From assembly GCA_038064695.1 (NCBI GenBank), contig JBBTSO010000001.1, positions 635 to 64,634 of the forward strand: a DNA stretch of 64,000 bases, read 5' to 3'. Below are positions 49,243-58,923 of the stretch, piece by piece; the stretch's first letter is position 1; each line of letters begins with the position of its first letter. The notes under the pieces are model-generated. The model worked only from the letters and a program-made list of their open reading frames with translations. It had not been told where the DNA came from and made no database searches. This DNA comes from Patescibacteria group bacterium. GTDB lineage: Bacteria > Patescibacteriota > Minisyncoccia > Phycocordibacterales > Phycocordibacteraceae. Made by a program: the position numbers and the translations under genes.

Positions 49243-49550
49243 GGTTCGTTTTCAATTCCGCTACAATTGAAACGAGAACCTGACAACGCTAAAAAGTACA
49301 CTAGAGCGTAGCGTGCGGAAGGTGAGAACACGAATTGAATTTCAGAGATGCGAAGAAAGCCATAGTGAGTGTCTTTAGGAGTATCAGTCGTTTCAGTCGT
49401 TTCAGTCGTAGCAGGAGTAATCAGTAATAACAGAGGGACTTCTCAACTATACCCCTCCCGTGGTTTTTTGCAAAAAATAAACCCTTGGGTGGAGGGGTGC
49501 ATAACTTCGTTGACTGCCGCAAGGGACAGGAGTACGGTGTGGAGAATTTT

Positions 49551-49667
49551 ATGATAGATGCAAAAATTGAAATACCAGTGAACACGGTTACGATGATTGG
49601 GTGGTCACTCTTTATGCTTCCTATCATAGTGTGGGCTGCGCAATCTCTCCCGGTGGGTGGTGACTAA
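49551..49667 (+). CDS. Orphan 38-aa single-TM peptide
   Basis: MIDAKIEIPVNTVTMIGWSLFMLPIIVWAAQSLPVGGD; TTGACT(49510)-17-TACGGT and GGAG. Confidence 0.5.
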   Translation: MIDAKIEIPVNTVTMIGWSLFMLPIIVWAAQSLPVGGD

Positions 49668-49729
49668 AAATTCCAGAATTATCTGGAATTTTTCTCATCG
49701 CTCTTTTCTCATCACTGTTCACTGTTCGT

Positions 49730-50341
49730 TTAATTCCGTGCCTTGTAAACATCGTCAATGATGCCGTACTTTTTTGCTTCGTCTGCTGACATGAAGTAGT
49801 CGCGCTCCACATCTTTTTCAATTTTCTTGAGATCTTGACCAGTATTTTTAGCCAAAATTTTATTGAGGCGCTCGCGCGTTGCAATAATATGCTTCGCGGT
49901 AATTTCAATGTCGGTGGCCTGTCCTTGCGCCCCACCCCATGGCTGGTGAATCATAATTTCTGAGTTAGGGAGCGCGAAGCGCTTACCCTTCTTTCCGACT
50001 GAGAGGATAACTGCAGCGGCCGAAGCTGCCAGACCCACGGTCACGGTCGCCACATCAGGTTTCACGTGATTCATCGTGTCCAAAATAGCGAGTCCTGCAC
50101 TCACTGAGCCCCCGGGAGAGTTGATGTAGAGGTAGATGTCCTTTTTAGGATCTTCTGCTTCAAGGAAAAGTAGTTGGGCAATGACGAGGTTTGCGCTGTA
50201 GTCTTCAACCGGACCTCCAAGGAAAATGATGCGCTCTTTCAAGAGGCGAGAGTAAATGTCGTACGCGCGCTCGCCGAGGTTAGTTTTTTCAATAACCATC
50301 GGCACGATCATGTTGCTCATTGGGTGTTGTTTATCAGTCAT
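49730..50341 (-). CDS. clpP: ClpP protease proteolytic subunit
   Basis: [31 protein letters not shown]. Confidence 0.98.
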   Translation of the reverse strand: MTDKQHPMSNMIVPMVIEKTNLGERAYDIYSRLLKERIIFLGGPVEDYSANLVIAQLLFLEAEDPKKDIYLYINSPGGSVSAGLAILDTMNHVKPDVATVTVGLAASAAAVILSVGKKGKRFALPNSEIMIHQPWGGAQGQATDIEITAKHIIATRERLNKILAKNTGQDLKKIEKDVERDYFMSADEAKKYGIIDDVYKARN

Positions 50342-50348
50342 AGTTTCC

Positions 50349-51410
50349 TTATGATACCGCAGGCTCGCTTTTTACACCAACCACCTCCCATACTTTTTCG
50401 CGCATGAAGGATTCGCGGGCATAAGAGTGTGCACGGTCGTGGGGGACTCCTTGGCTCACTATTTTGTGCGCAAACTCTTCCTCTTTTTTCTTATCTTCTT
50501 CAGTGAGTTCTAACTTTTCTTCGCGAATAATGTTTCCGAATACCAAGTCCAGCGTAATACGCTTGGTGGCGCTTGGACGTAAATCTTCACGCACCTGTTC
50601 TTCAGTTTTCCCGACACGTTTTAGGTACTCATTCCACTGCAAGTTTTGTCCTGCGACATCGCGCTTAAACGTCTCTAGGAGTGAGCGACTTTCTTCCTCC
50701 ACCAACACGTTGGGAATCTGACACACGGCCCCCGCAATGAGTGCTTCGGCAACAGCGCTTCGCTTTTTTTGGTTTCCGCGATCATGGACTGCTTTTTCTG
50801 CTTCGCCGTGGATAAAAAACTCAGCGGCTTCACCGTTTTCAAACCCCACCAGTTTTGCTTCGTCGTCAGAAAGCGCAACATCTGCTTTGTCCTCGTTTTC
50901 TTGAGAATCGCCTTCTTTTACTTCTTCCGGTTTTGACATTTTCGCAATCGCGCGGACTTGGGTACGGAACGCGCGCTTTGCCTCGGCGGTTTCTTTGGTT
51001 ACATCCTCCGTGGGAAGTGCTGCGAGCGCTTTTTGAGCAACCGTTTTGTAGTCAAAAGATTCACACACGGGTGGAGTAACAACCACAATTTCAAAATCAA
51101 CATCGAGATCTGGCTCGGCTCCTTTTAAGGAAAGTGCGAGTGGCACGATGGGGACGAGTTTCTCCTGTTTCAAAAGATCATCTACTTCTTCTCGGAGCGC
51201 TCGCTCAGCCGCGTCTTTCCACAAAAACCCCACCCCTACTTCTTTAATAACGAGGTCCTTCGGTGCGTGCCCCTTTCTAAATCCTGACATAGAAACCTCT
51301 TTTACTGCCGCATCAACTGCCTTTTCATAAAACTGCTTTACGGTTTCTTTAGGGAGGGTGCCTTTAAGCACTACTTCCGCGTTGTGACGAACTTCTTTGG
51401 TGACATTCAT
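50349..51410 (-). CDS. tig: Trigger factor, apparently lacking the FKBP domain
   Basis: GFRKGHAP ribosome-binding motif, [10 protein letters not shown]-domain; upstream of clpP. Confidence 0.88.
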   Translation of the reverse strand: MNVTKEVRHNAEVVLKGTLPKETVKQFYEKAVDAAVKEVSMSGFRKGHAPKDLVIKEVGVGFLWKDAAERALREEVDDLLKQEKLVPIVPLALSLKGAEPDLDVDFEIVVVTPPVCESFDYKTVAQKALAALPTEDVTKETAEAKRAFRTQVRAIAKMSKPEEVKEGDSQENEDKADVALSDDEAKLVGFENGEAAEFFIHGEAEKAVHDRGNQKKRSAVAEALIAGAVCQIPNVLVEEESRSLLETFKRDVAGQNLQWNEYLKRVGKTEEQVREDLRPSATKRITLDLVFGNIIREEKLELTEEDKKKEEEFAHKIVSQGVPHDRAHSYARESFMREKVWEVVGVKSEPAVS

Positions 51411-51493
51411 TCGTGTATCCTACCTGATTCTCTTTAATAAAACAAAAACCCGCAGCGCGGGTTTTTTGTTTCTTTGGTTCAACAAACGACGTT

Positions 51494-51805
51494 TTATTGC
51501 GCGTTCAGTTCTGCTTCAAAGTCTGCGGACGCGGAATCAAGGCCGGTGAGATCAGTTGCGTTGAGATCTGCCTCAATGTCGGCGAGGTCGGTTGACGTTC
51601 CTTGCTGGCGTAGTTTGTCTTCCTCATCAGCGGTAATACCTGCTGCCTGTTCTTCAGACTTCAGTTTATCAACGCCTGATGTGAAGTAGTAAAAACCACC
51701 GATAGCGAGTAACACCACAATAATGACGATGCCAATAATTGGACCGATGCCTCCACTCTGTTTAGGAGTTGGGTTCACTGCTGACTCTTGTTCCATGTTT
51801 TCCAT
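51494..51805 (-). CDS. Small single-TM acidic hypothetical protein
   Basis: GPIIGIVIIVVLLAIGGFYYF; terminator 51443-51469. Confidence 0.8.
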   Translation of the reverse strand: MENMEQESAVNPTPKQSGGIGPIIGIVIIVVLLAIGGFYYFTSGVDKLKSEEQAAGITADEEDKLRQQGTSTDLADIEADLNATDLTGLDSASADFEAELNAQ

Positions 51806-51826
51806 ATGTATTCAGTATACACGACA

Positions 51827-52471
51827 CTAGTCATCGTCCTCAGAATCGTCTGGTTCAACAAGTTCTTTGAGCGCTTCTACCGCCTCACGAACTGCTTTAA
51901 ACGCCTCTCGTATATGTTCTTTTGCTTCGTTTAATGTTTCCTTGGTATCAGCAAAGAGACTCTTTAGCTCGTCACGAGTAGGGGGCGTTGTCGTTGCAAG
52001 CCCCGCGGTTAAGTCGGCCTGTATCTCAACGAGTGCTGCTTCAGCCAGAGCAAGTTCAGCTTCTGCGGTAACTAAGTGCGCGCGCGCAGGAGCAGTATTC
52101 TTTCCCTGTGTATCTAATTCATCAGCACGCGCGTCAACGCGCGTAATGAATTTTTCAACACGTTCAATGGCTGCGCCTAAAATGCGTACAAAGCGAGTGA
52201 TGTGGTTTTGAATTCTCCCCCCGAGTTCGTTGGTTAATTTTTCTTGGCGATCTTCACGACGATCTTCTAAGTTCTGCTGACGATCCTCTCTGCGATCTTC
52301 GCGACGTTCCTCGCGTTCTTCGCGTTCCTCTTCACGATGCTCGCGGCGCTCTTCAAGCGTAGTTGAAGAAACGCCTAGAGACGGTTCATCATCGGCGTAC
52401 GCAACAGGTACCGCCACAAAAAAACCGAGCGCCATAAGCGCCATCAATGTGTGTTTGGTAAGTAGTTTCAT
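51827..52471 (-). CDS. Secreted coiled-coil protein with R/E-rich repeats
   Basis: Signal peptide ending AYA; REERE/REDR repeats. Confidence 0.8.
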   Translation of the reverse strand: MKLLTKHTLMALMALGFFVAVPVAYADDEPSLGVSSTTLEERREHREEEREEREERREDRREDRQQNLEDRREDRQEKLTNELGGRIQNHITRFVRILGAAIERVEKFITRVDARADELDTQGKNTAPARAHLVTAEAELALAEAALVEIQADLTAGLATTTPPTRDELKSLFADTKETLNEAKEHIREAFKAVREAVEALKELVEPDDSEDDD

Positions 52472-52597
52472 AGGTTCAAGGTTGAATTAAGAAGCGCCCT
52501 AGATAAGAGGTGTGCGCTCCGTACAGTATAAAACGTTTTTCTAACCTCTTTCTTACGAAAGGTTGACACGAAACAGAGATACTATTACTGTTTCTAA

Positions 52598-52855
52598 ATG
52601 AGCTTTCGTCTTCGTGAACGTCCTGCGGAAATGTTTGTTGGTTTAACCACTTTCGCCGTAGGGGTATGGGGGGTTTACCTTGCACTAACTGGTGACCTGA
52701 CTGAGGACGTACCGTATGCAAACAGCGTAAACGAGGCAGCGCAAAACTTTACGGGGCTTGTGGGAATTGGGTTAATCGTTATTTCGCTTATGGGAATGAC
52801 GCGAGGGTTTACCACACCAATAAGTGTGGCTCCTGATCACTCTCTCAAGGTATAA
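52598..52855 (+). CDS. Orphan two-TM protein
   Basis: TTGACA(52563)-17-TACTGT, ATG 6 nt later. Confidence 0.72.
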   Translation: MSFRLRERPAEMFVGLTTFAVGVWGVYLALTGDLTEDVPYANSVNEAAQNFTGLVGIGLIVISLMGMTRGFTTPISVAPDHSLKV

Positions 52856-52859
52856 ATAT

Positions 52860-53861
52860 TTAAAACGGATTGCGCGCACCGCGAACTTCAAAGTGAAGGT
52901 GGGGACCCGTTGAGCGCCCGGTATTACCCACCGCGCCAATAACTTGGCCTTGTACGACGCGTGCTCCCGCAAAAACAAAATTTCCTGAAAGGTGCGCGTA
53001 GAGCGTTTGTGTTCCGTTGTCGTGTTTTATAACGATGTACTGACCGTACCCGCCGTTGTACCCGTAGCTTCGTGAAATAATAACTTCTCCAGGAGCTGAC
53101 GCGAGTACCTGCGTCCCCGTCGGCGCGGCAATATCAATGCCGTTGTATCCGTGAATACCTTGGCTTCGCTTGCCTCCCACCAAGGGTCGGAGGAAGTACC
53201 CGTCAAGCGTTGGGCCCCCTGCTCCTTTCGCTATCGCCCGAACCGGTGTTCCGGTGACTTGTGGAGCTTCACCATAAGGAATAATGACGACGTCACCCAC
53301 GGCAAGAGCGGCTCCTTCAGAGAGTGCGTTGAACTCAAGTACCTCGGCAATATCTCCCTTGTACTTTTTCACCACCGACGCAATAGTGTCGCCCTTTACG
53401 ACAGTATGGCGGATACCTGAAACAGGCAAAATGGCGAGTGTTTCCCCGGGGCGGATCACATTTCCACGGCCGAGGTCGTTAGCCCAAATAATAGTATTAG
53501 TTGAAACATTGAAAAGTTCGGCAATTTGCGAGAGGGTATCTCCTTCACGCACTACATAAATAGAAATTTGATCGGCTCCGGGGCGAGCGACTTCAATATC
53601 GGCAAGTGTTCCCGAAGGCCCTATTTCAGGAACCAGCGCAACGCCCCCGGTGATGGTGATGTCGCCACCGCCTTTTGCCGGGTTAGGGTCAACATTCACT
53701 GCCGCGCGAAGCGCGGGGGTTTCATCAACGCGGTGCAGGGCAGGAGTGTGTGAGGCGCCTACAAATTCTGTTCCTGCCTTTAACAAAGCGCCGATATCAA
53801 AAGAAAACGCGTAGGCGTAGTGGGGGACTAAAAAGAGCGCCCCGAGTACAAAAAGAGGCAC
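52860..53861 (-). CDS. LysM x2 plus M23 peptidase
   Basis: YVVREGDTL, HTVVKGDT, HGYNGID, YAHL, TGPHLHFE; true start may be upstream. Confidence 0.93.
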   Translation of the reverse strand: MPLFVLGALFLVPHYAYAFSFDIGALLKAGTEFVGASHTPALHRVDETPALRAAVNVDPNPAKGGGDITITGGVALVPEIGPSGTLADIEVARPGADQISIYVVREGDTLSQIAELFNVSTNTIIWANDLGRGNVIRPGETLAILPVSGIRHTVVKGDTIASVVKKYKGDIAEVLEFNALSEGAALAVGDVVIIPYGEAPQVTGTPVRAIAKGAGGPTLDGYFLRPLVGGKRSQGIHGYNGIDIAAPTGTQVLASAPGEVIISRSYGYNGGYGQYIVIKHDNGTQTLYAHLSGNFVFAGARVVQGQVIGAVGNTGRSTGPHLHFEVRGARNPF

Positions 53862-54153
53862 GGGTAACCCCGTATATATCTTTTTTATGAGTTGGCGTAT
53901 ACGAAGTGAAACTAAAACGCCAAGGCTATGAATTTTTTTTCCTATAGTGAAGTCCCTGCGGGATTGGTGTACGGCAATTCAGTAATATGGCTCACTTGAG
54001 CCATTTTCTTTCATTTCTATCGTCACTGAGTATGACCACTATAGCCCCTGAGGTGGGGAAGTCAACCAAGGATAGGGAGGAGGAGTGGAAAGATAAAAAC
54101 CCTTGACAAAACGATTTTAACGTTATAATATAAGCGGATTCTAACAAAAACAC

Positions 54154-55707
54154 ATGTTGCACGAAGCCTACGAATTTATTCAGGAATCAGGACTTTTAGG
54201 AAACGCACTTGGCGCGCTCCGTGAGGCTGCGTACGAAGCGGTAGACAACACCTACGCTCCCGTCATGCTTGAAGCCGCGGTAATGGCAGCTGACCAAACC
54301 CCTGAAGTGACTCTTGCTTCGGCAGCTGCTGCGTCTGGAGATGAAGTCTGTGACGTTTATCCAGAAAACGTGGAGGAAGCTGGAGCGATAATTAGCGCCA
54401 AGTGTGACGGTGGCATTCCTGCCACTCGTGACATTGTAAAAGAAGCCATGCCTACCGCCCGGCTTGGCGAAAAACATCCGCTGTATCAAGCTATTCAACT
54501 GCGGCGTGAGGGCTTAAACAACCTTTCAGATCAAGAAATTATTAAATTCAATAAGTATATTGGGCTCTACGACCCAACAAGCGTTGAGGAAAGTGCTGCA
54601 CTTGCGGACGGAACCACATTTACTCTCCGGGACGACGGTGTTTTTGAAATAAGGGACCCTGAAGGAAATTTAATTTTAACGGTTGGCTGTGATGGGGAAG
54701 TAACTAAATATCAATCAATTTCGATGTTTACTTCGCAACCATGCGAAGGTTTGACGTGTGTGAAAGTACCTGAATCAGTCGCCGCTGCTGCGCCAGTGAC
54801 CGTTGAAGAACCTGTTATTGAAAAACCAATTCGTGTACAAGAACAGGTTTATTGGTGTGCAGACGATGAAGGGACTATACGGGCAGAGGAGGTAAGGAGG
54901 TTTGAGTCAGTTGAGGATGCGCGTAAATATGTTTCCAACCCTGACAACGTTGATGGATATCAAACGGGTAGAAAATGCCCGTACTTCTGGATTGCAAATG
55001 GTGACGGGAACGCGCAGCGCATTGAATTCGAACGCTTGAAAGACGGTACGATTGATCTTAAGGAAGAAACTTTGACAGAAATCGGCATTAACGACGGTAA
55101 ACCAAATTACACATCAGGAACGCGCATCCAGTCATTTGACCCACTTAAAAACCTCGCACTCCCCGACGGAGAAAAATTTGAAAAATATTTTACTGGCTAT
55201 GCAGGGACATCAAACGTTCGTGCTGACGACGGGATGGGTTATGGTATAGAAAAGGGTGAAATGTATATGCCTTCTGCTCCGCAAGAATTTGTGTATGACG
55301 AAAAAACAAACACCTATGTGCGTGAGGATTTAGAAACATCGACAACTCGCACGGTCAACCTCTGGCTACGCGAAGCAGGAATTTCATCAGGTGAGTGGAA
55401 CGAAGTGTATGACATGCGCCTACCTGCAGAATTTGCTGACTCTGGTACAAGCATCAAAGAGCGGGCTCAAGCACTGATTGAATCTGCCGCTACTGAAGGA
55501 GTAGTACTTTCACAAGAGGATGCAACTGAACTGTCAAGAATTATTACCGCGGGACAAGGAAAAGATGCTGGTTTTTATACGCCAACCGAACGTTTTCCTG
55601 ATGCAATAAAAACATCGGCACGGGGAGCTGATGGTTCTATGCGAACCCTGGATGAAGTACTGTTTGATACGGCAAGAAAAACTTCTGTAATCCAACGTTC
55701 ATTCTAA
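54154..55707 (+). CDS. Large acidic orphan protein
   Basis: 517-aa ORF with own TTGACA(54103) promoter; no recognised motif. Confidence 0.75.
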   Translation: MLHEAYEFIQESGLLGNALGALREAAYEAVDNTYAPVMLEAAVMAADQTPEVTLASAAAASGDEVCDVYPENVEEAGAIISAKCDGGIPATRDIVKEAMPTARLGEKHPLYQAIQLRREGLNNLSDQEIIKFNKYIGLYDPTSVEESAALADGTTFTLRDDGVFEIRDPEGNLILTVGCDGEVTKYQSISMFTSQPCEGLTCVKVPESVAAAAPVTVEEPVIEKPIRVQEQVYWCADDEGTIRAEEVRRFESVEDARKYVSNPDNVDGYQTGRKCPYFWIANGDGNAQRIEFERLKDGTIDLKEETLTEIGINDGKPNYTSGTRIQSFDPLKNLALPDGEKFEKYFTGYAGTSNVRADDGMGYGIEKGEMYMPSAPQEFVYDEKTNTYVREDLETSTTRTVNLWLREAGISSGEWNEVYDMRLPAEFADSGTSIKERAQALIESAATEGVVLSQEDATELSRIITAGQGKDAGFYTPTERFPDAIKTSARGADGSMRTLDEVLFDTARKTSVIQRSF

Positions 55708-55737
55708 AAATCTCATACTGCGTTATAGTTTAGGGTG

Positions 55738-57702
55738 ATGCACGATAACCTCAACCCTCAACAAAAAGCCGCTGTCCTGCACAAGGACGGCGCGCTTTTA
55801 ATTTTGGCGGGGGCAGGCGCCGGGAAAACACGCGTGGTGACACACCGCATCGCGGAGTTAATAAAAAGTGGCGTCGCGCCTGAAAAAATTCTTGCGGTAA
55901 CGTTCACCAACAAAGCGGCGGCGGAAATGCGTGAGCGCATTACTCACCTTATGAAAGAGTCGCTCGCGCTCTCGCCCTACGACACGCCACACACCACGCC
56001 GTTTATGAGCACGTTCCACGGGCTGGGACTTCACATACTAAAAACATTTAATGAAGTGGCGGGGCTTCCAAAACGTTTCACTATCTTTGACCGTGCTGAC
56101 TCAACGCGCGCCGCAAAAAAAGCCATTGAACAAGCAGGATTTGATCCAAAAGAATTAGAACCACGCCGCGTGCTTTCTATTATGGGCCGCGCGAAAGGCG
56201 ACGCGCTCAACGCGGAGGGATTTTTAAGTGAGCGCGCCTCGTCCTACATTGACGAAGCGGTGGCCGAAGTGTGGACGCACTACGACGCCATCCTAAAACA
56301 GGAAAAAGCATTGGACTTTGATGACATACTTTTAAAATCATACGAACTACTTCTTAAGAACGAAGTGCCCCGACACTTTTTCCAAGACGCGTGGAGTCAC
56401 ATCCACGTGGACGAGTATCAAGACACCAACCGCGTGCAGTACGAACTCGTGCGCATGCTCGCGGCAGGGCACGGCAACCTATGCGCCGTGGGAGACGCTG
56501 ACCAAAACATTTACAGCTGGCGTGGCGCGTCTATTTCGCACATTCTTGATTTTGAGAACGACTTCCCCGGCTCACAAACACTCCTCCTCACTCAAAATTA
56601 CCGTTCCACAAAAAATATTCTTCAGGTAGCAAACGATGCTATCGCCAAAAATATCCGGCGAAAAGAGAAAGAATTGTTCACCGATAATCCGGAAGGGGAA
56701 CTTATTTCGGTTTCGGGACACGTGGATGAAATTGCTGAAGCGCAGTTTGTAACGGGTGCCGCGCGGCACCTTATACAAAACGGTTCCTCTCCAAACGACA
56801 TCGCGGTTTTGTACCGCGCGAACTTTCAATCACGCGTACTGGAAGAGGCATTTTTAGGAAGCGGCATTCCGTACCAAGTATTGGGTACGCGATTTTTTGA
56901 ACGTAAAGAAATTAAAGATGTGCTCTCGTACGTGCGTCTCGCAGAGAACGGGGAGAGCGCCACAGACCTTTCGCGCGTTATGAATGTCCCCGCGCGCGGG
57001 ATTGGAAAAGTAACGCTTGCCAAAGTGGTAAATGGGGAGCGAGGGGATTTGTCTTCCGCTCAACAAAAAAAAGTTGCTGACTTTTTTACACTCATTGAAC
57101 GCATTGCGCAGCAGTTTCAATTTAAAAAAGTTTCAGAAGCAGTTGCGTACACTATTAAAGAGAGTGGGATGTGGGCACTCTATGAGGCGGGGAAGGGGGA
57201 AGACGAGGAGCGGTTGGAGAACTTGAAAGAGTTGGTGTCGGTTGCAACCAAGTACGACACACTCCCCACGGAAGAAGGCGTACAAAAATTGTTGGAAGAA
57301 GCCGCACTCCAGAGCGACCAGGATGAACTCATGCACGAAAAACGAGAGAAGAAGTTGGGAGTAAAACTTATGACCGTGCACGCGTCAAAAGGATTGGAAT
57401 ACGAAACGGTGTTCGTCACGGGACTTGAAGAAGGACTCTTTCCTCACGAGCGCGATGGCGTTGATGCTGACGACTCTGAAGAAGAGCGACGTCTCTTTTA
57501 CGTCGCGCTCACCCGCGCGCAAAAAAAAGTATTTCTCACGTACGCGCAAACGCGCCGCATTTTTGGTACGCGTTCACTCAACACTCCTTCAACATTTATT
57601 TCTGAACTTGACCCTGCGTTGACATTGGTGACGCTCCCCACCTACAGAGAATTTGACCGCCACCCGCGCGAATACTTGGATGATGACGATGTCATACAAT
57701 AA
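55738..57702 (+). CDS. pcrA: UvrD/PcrA superfamily I helicase
   Basis: AGAGAGKT, TFTNKAA, DEYQD, QNYRS, SKGLEY, EERRLFYVALTRA. Confidence 0.95.
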   Translation: MHDNLNPQQKAAVLHKDGALLILAGAGAGKTRVVTHRIAELIKSGVAPEKILAVTFTNKAAAEMRERITHLMKESLALSPYDTPHTTPFMSTFHGLGLHILKTFNEVAGLPKRFTIFDRADSTRAAKKAIEQAGFDPKELEPRRVLSIMGRAKGDALNAEGFLSERASSYIDEAVAEVWTHYDAILKQEKALDFDDILLKSYELLLKNEVPRHFFQDAWSHIHVDEYQDTNRVQYELVRMLAAGHGNLCAVGDADQNIYSWRGASISHILDFENDFPGSQTLLLTQNYRSTKNILQVANDAIAKNIRRKEKELFTDNPEGELISVSGHVDEIAEAQFVTGAARHLIQNGSSPNDIAVLYRANFQSRVLEEAFLGSGIPYQVLGTRFFERKEIKDVLSYVRLAENGESATDLSRVMNVPARGIGKVTLAKVVNGERGDLSSAQQKKVADFFTLIERIAQQFQFKKVSEAVAYTIKESGMWALYEAGKGEDEERLENLKELVSVATKYDTLPTEEGVQKLLEEAALQSDQDELMHEKREKKLGVKLMTVHASKGLEYETVFVTGLEEGLFPHERDGVDADDSEEERRLFYVALTRAQKKVFLTYAQTRRIFGTRSLNTPSTFISELDPALTLVTLPTYREFDRHPREYLDDDDVIQ

Positions 57703-57708
57703 AAAATT

Positions 57709-58515
57709 ATGAAAACTCGCCCTCCCAAACTCGGACAACACCTGCTCACCTCACACGCTATCGCCGCTGCGGTGGTAGAAGCAGCGCGCGTTACCGCAAA
57801 CGATACGGTGCTTGAAGTGGGACCAGGGAAGGGAATGCTCACTAAGGAAATTTTAAAAACAGGCGCGCGAGTACTTGCGATAGAAAAAGATTCTGAAATG
57901 GTTCGCGTGCTTCAAGAAACTTTTGCAAAAGAAATCACATCAAAACAACTTGTTCTTATTGAAGACGACATCCGGACTTTTCTAACCACTAACAACTATC
58001 CACTAACAACTAGCTACAAAGTCGCCGCCAACATTCCGTACTACATTACCGGAGAAATAATTCGCCTTTTGTTGACCGCGCCACGCCAACCGTCTGACAT
58101 CGCGCTCTTGGTACAAAAAGAAGTTGCGGAGCGCATCGCCAAAAGTAAAAAGGAGAGTTTGCTTTCGCTTTCGGTGAAGGCGTATGGAACACCGCAGTAT
58201 GTGCGCACGGTGAAAGCGGGAAGTTTTAATCCTCCTCCGTCGGTTGACTCTGCTATTCTTGCAATTCACGACATTTCACGCGAGCACTTCAAAGAGGTGT
58301 CTGAAAAAACATTTTTTGAACTACTGCACCTCGGGTTTGGTCAAAAAAGAAAAACGCTTCTAGGAAATATAAAAAAGTGGCTAGTGGCTAGTGGGGGATC
58401 ACTAGCAGGAAACAAAACGTTAGAGGAGATTTTTGAAGAGGCGGGGATTGAAAAAAAGGTCCGCGCGGAAGATGTTTCTCTCCATCAGTGGTTATCGCTT
58501 ACAAAACTATTTTAA
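57709..58515 (+). CDS. rsmA: 16S rRNA dimethyladenosine transferase
   Basis: LGQHLL, EVGPGKG, ANIPYYIT, QKEVAER. Confidence 0.96.
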   Translation: MKTRPPKLGQHLLTSHAIAAAVVEAARVTANDTVLEVGPGKGMLTKEILKTGARVLAIEKDSEMVRVLQETFAKEITSKQLVLIEDDIRTFLTTNNYPLTTSYKVAANIPYYITGEIIRLLLTAPRQPSDIALLVQKEVAERIAKSKKESLLSLSVKAYGTPQYVRTVKAGSFNPPPSVDSAILAIHDISREHFKEVSEKTFFELLHLGFGQKRKTLLGNIKKWLVASGGSLAGNKTLEEIFEEAGIEKKVRAEDVSLHQWLSLTKLF

Positions 58516-58860
58516 ACTTGACCCAACACCAGGAAACGCGTCAATCATAAGACCGGGGACTCCATTACAGGTTCCTGGAATACTGCTCCCTAAGAGAAAT
58601 TGTCCTGGGTTTTTTGGTGGGCCGAAGAGATAGGTTTTTGAAAGTCCTGGCTTATATATAACTAAAAATAGTTTGGGAACACCCGCAACAAACCCGGTAA
58701 CCTTTACTGCGTACGCGGGAGAGCCGAGGCAGGGAATGACGGGAGAAGTGATAATGCCCCCAAAGGGAACTGTCGCGGCAAAAGAAATAAGAGGAAAGAG
58801 CGCCACCACAACGAAAAAAAGTAGCGCGGCGCCTGAAATGAATGTTTTTTTGAGAAACAT
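58507..58860 (-). CDS. Small secreted hypothetical protein
   Basis: Signal peptide, PFGG, two Cys, GVGSS C-terminus. Confidence 0.7.
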   Translation of the reverse strand: MFLKKTFISGAALLFFVVVALFPLISFAATVPFGGIITSPVIPCLGSPAYAVKVTGFVAGVPKLFLVIYKPGLSKTYLFGPPKNPGQFLLGSSIPGTCNGVPGLMIDAFPGVGSSLK

Positions 58861-58923
58861 ACTCACAGCTCTACCTTATCATATATATAGAAGGGTACTT
58901 TCAAACGCTATACTGGAAGCATA

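Noticed and set aside
49383-49409. CRISPR array
   Set aside because: 9-nt tandem units without spacers; no cas genes in the window.
52250-52360. DNA repeat in the secreted coiled-coil gene
   Set aside because: Explained by low-complexity R/E/D protein repeats.
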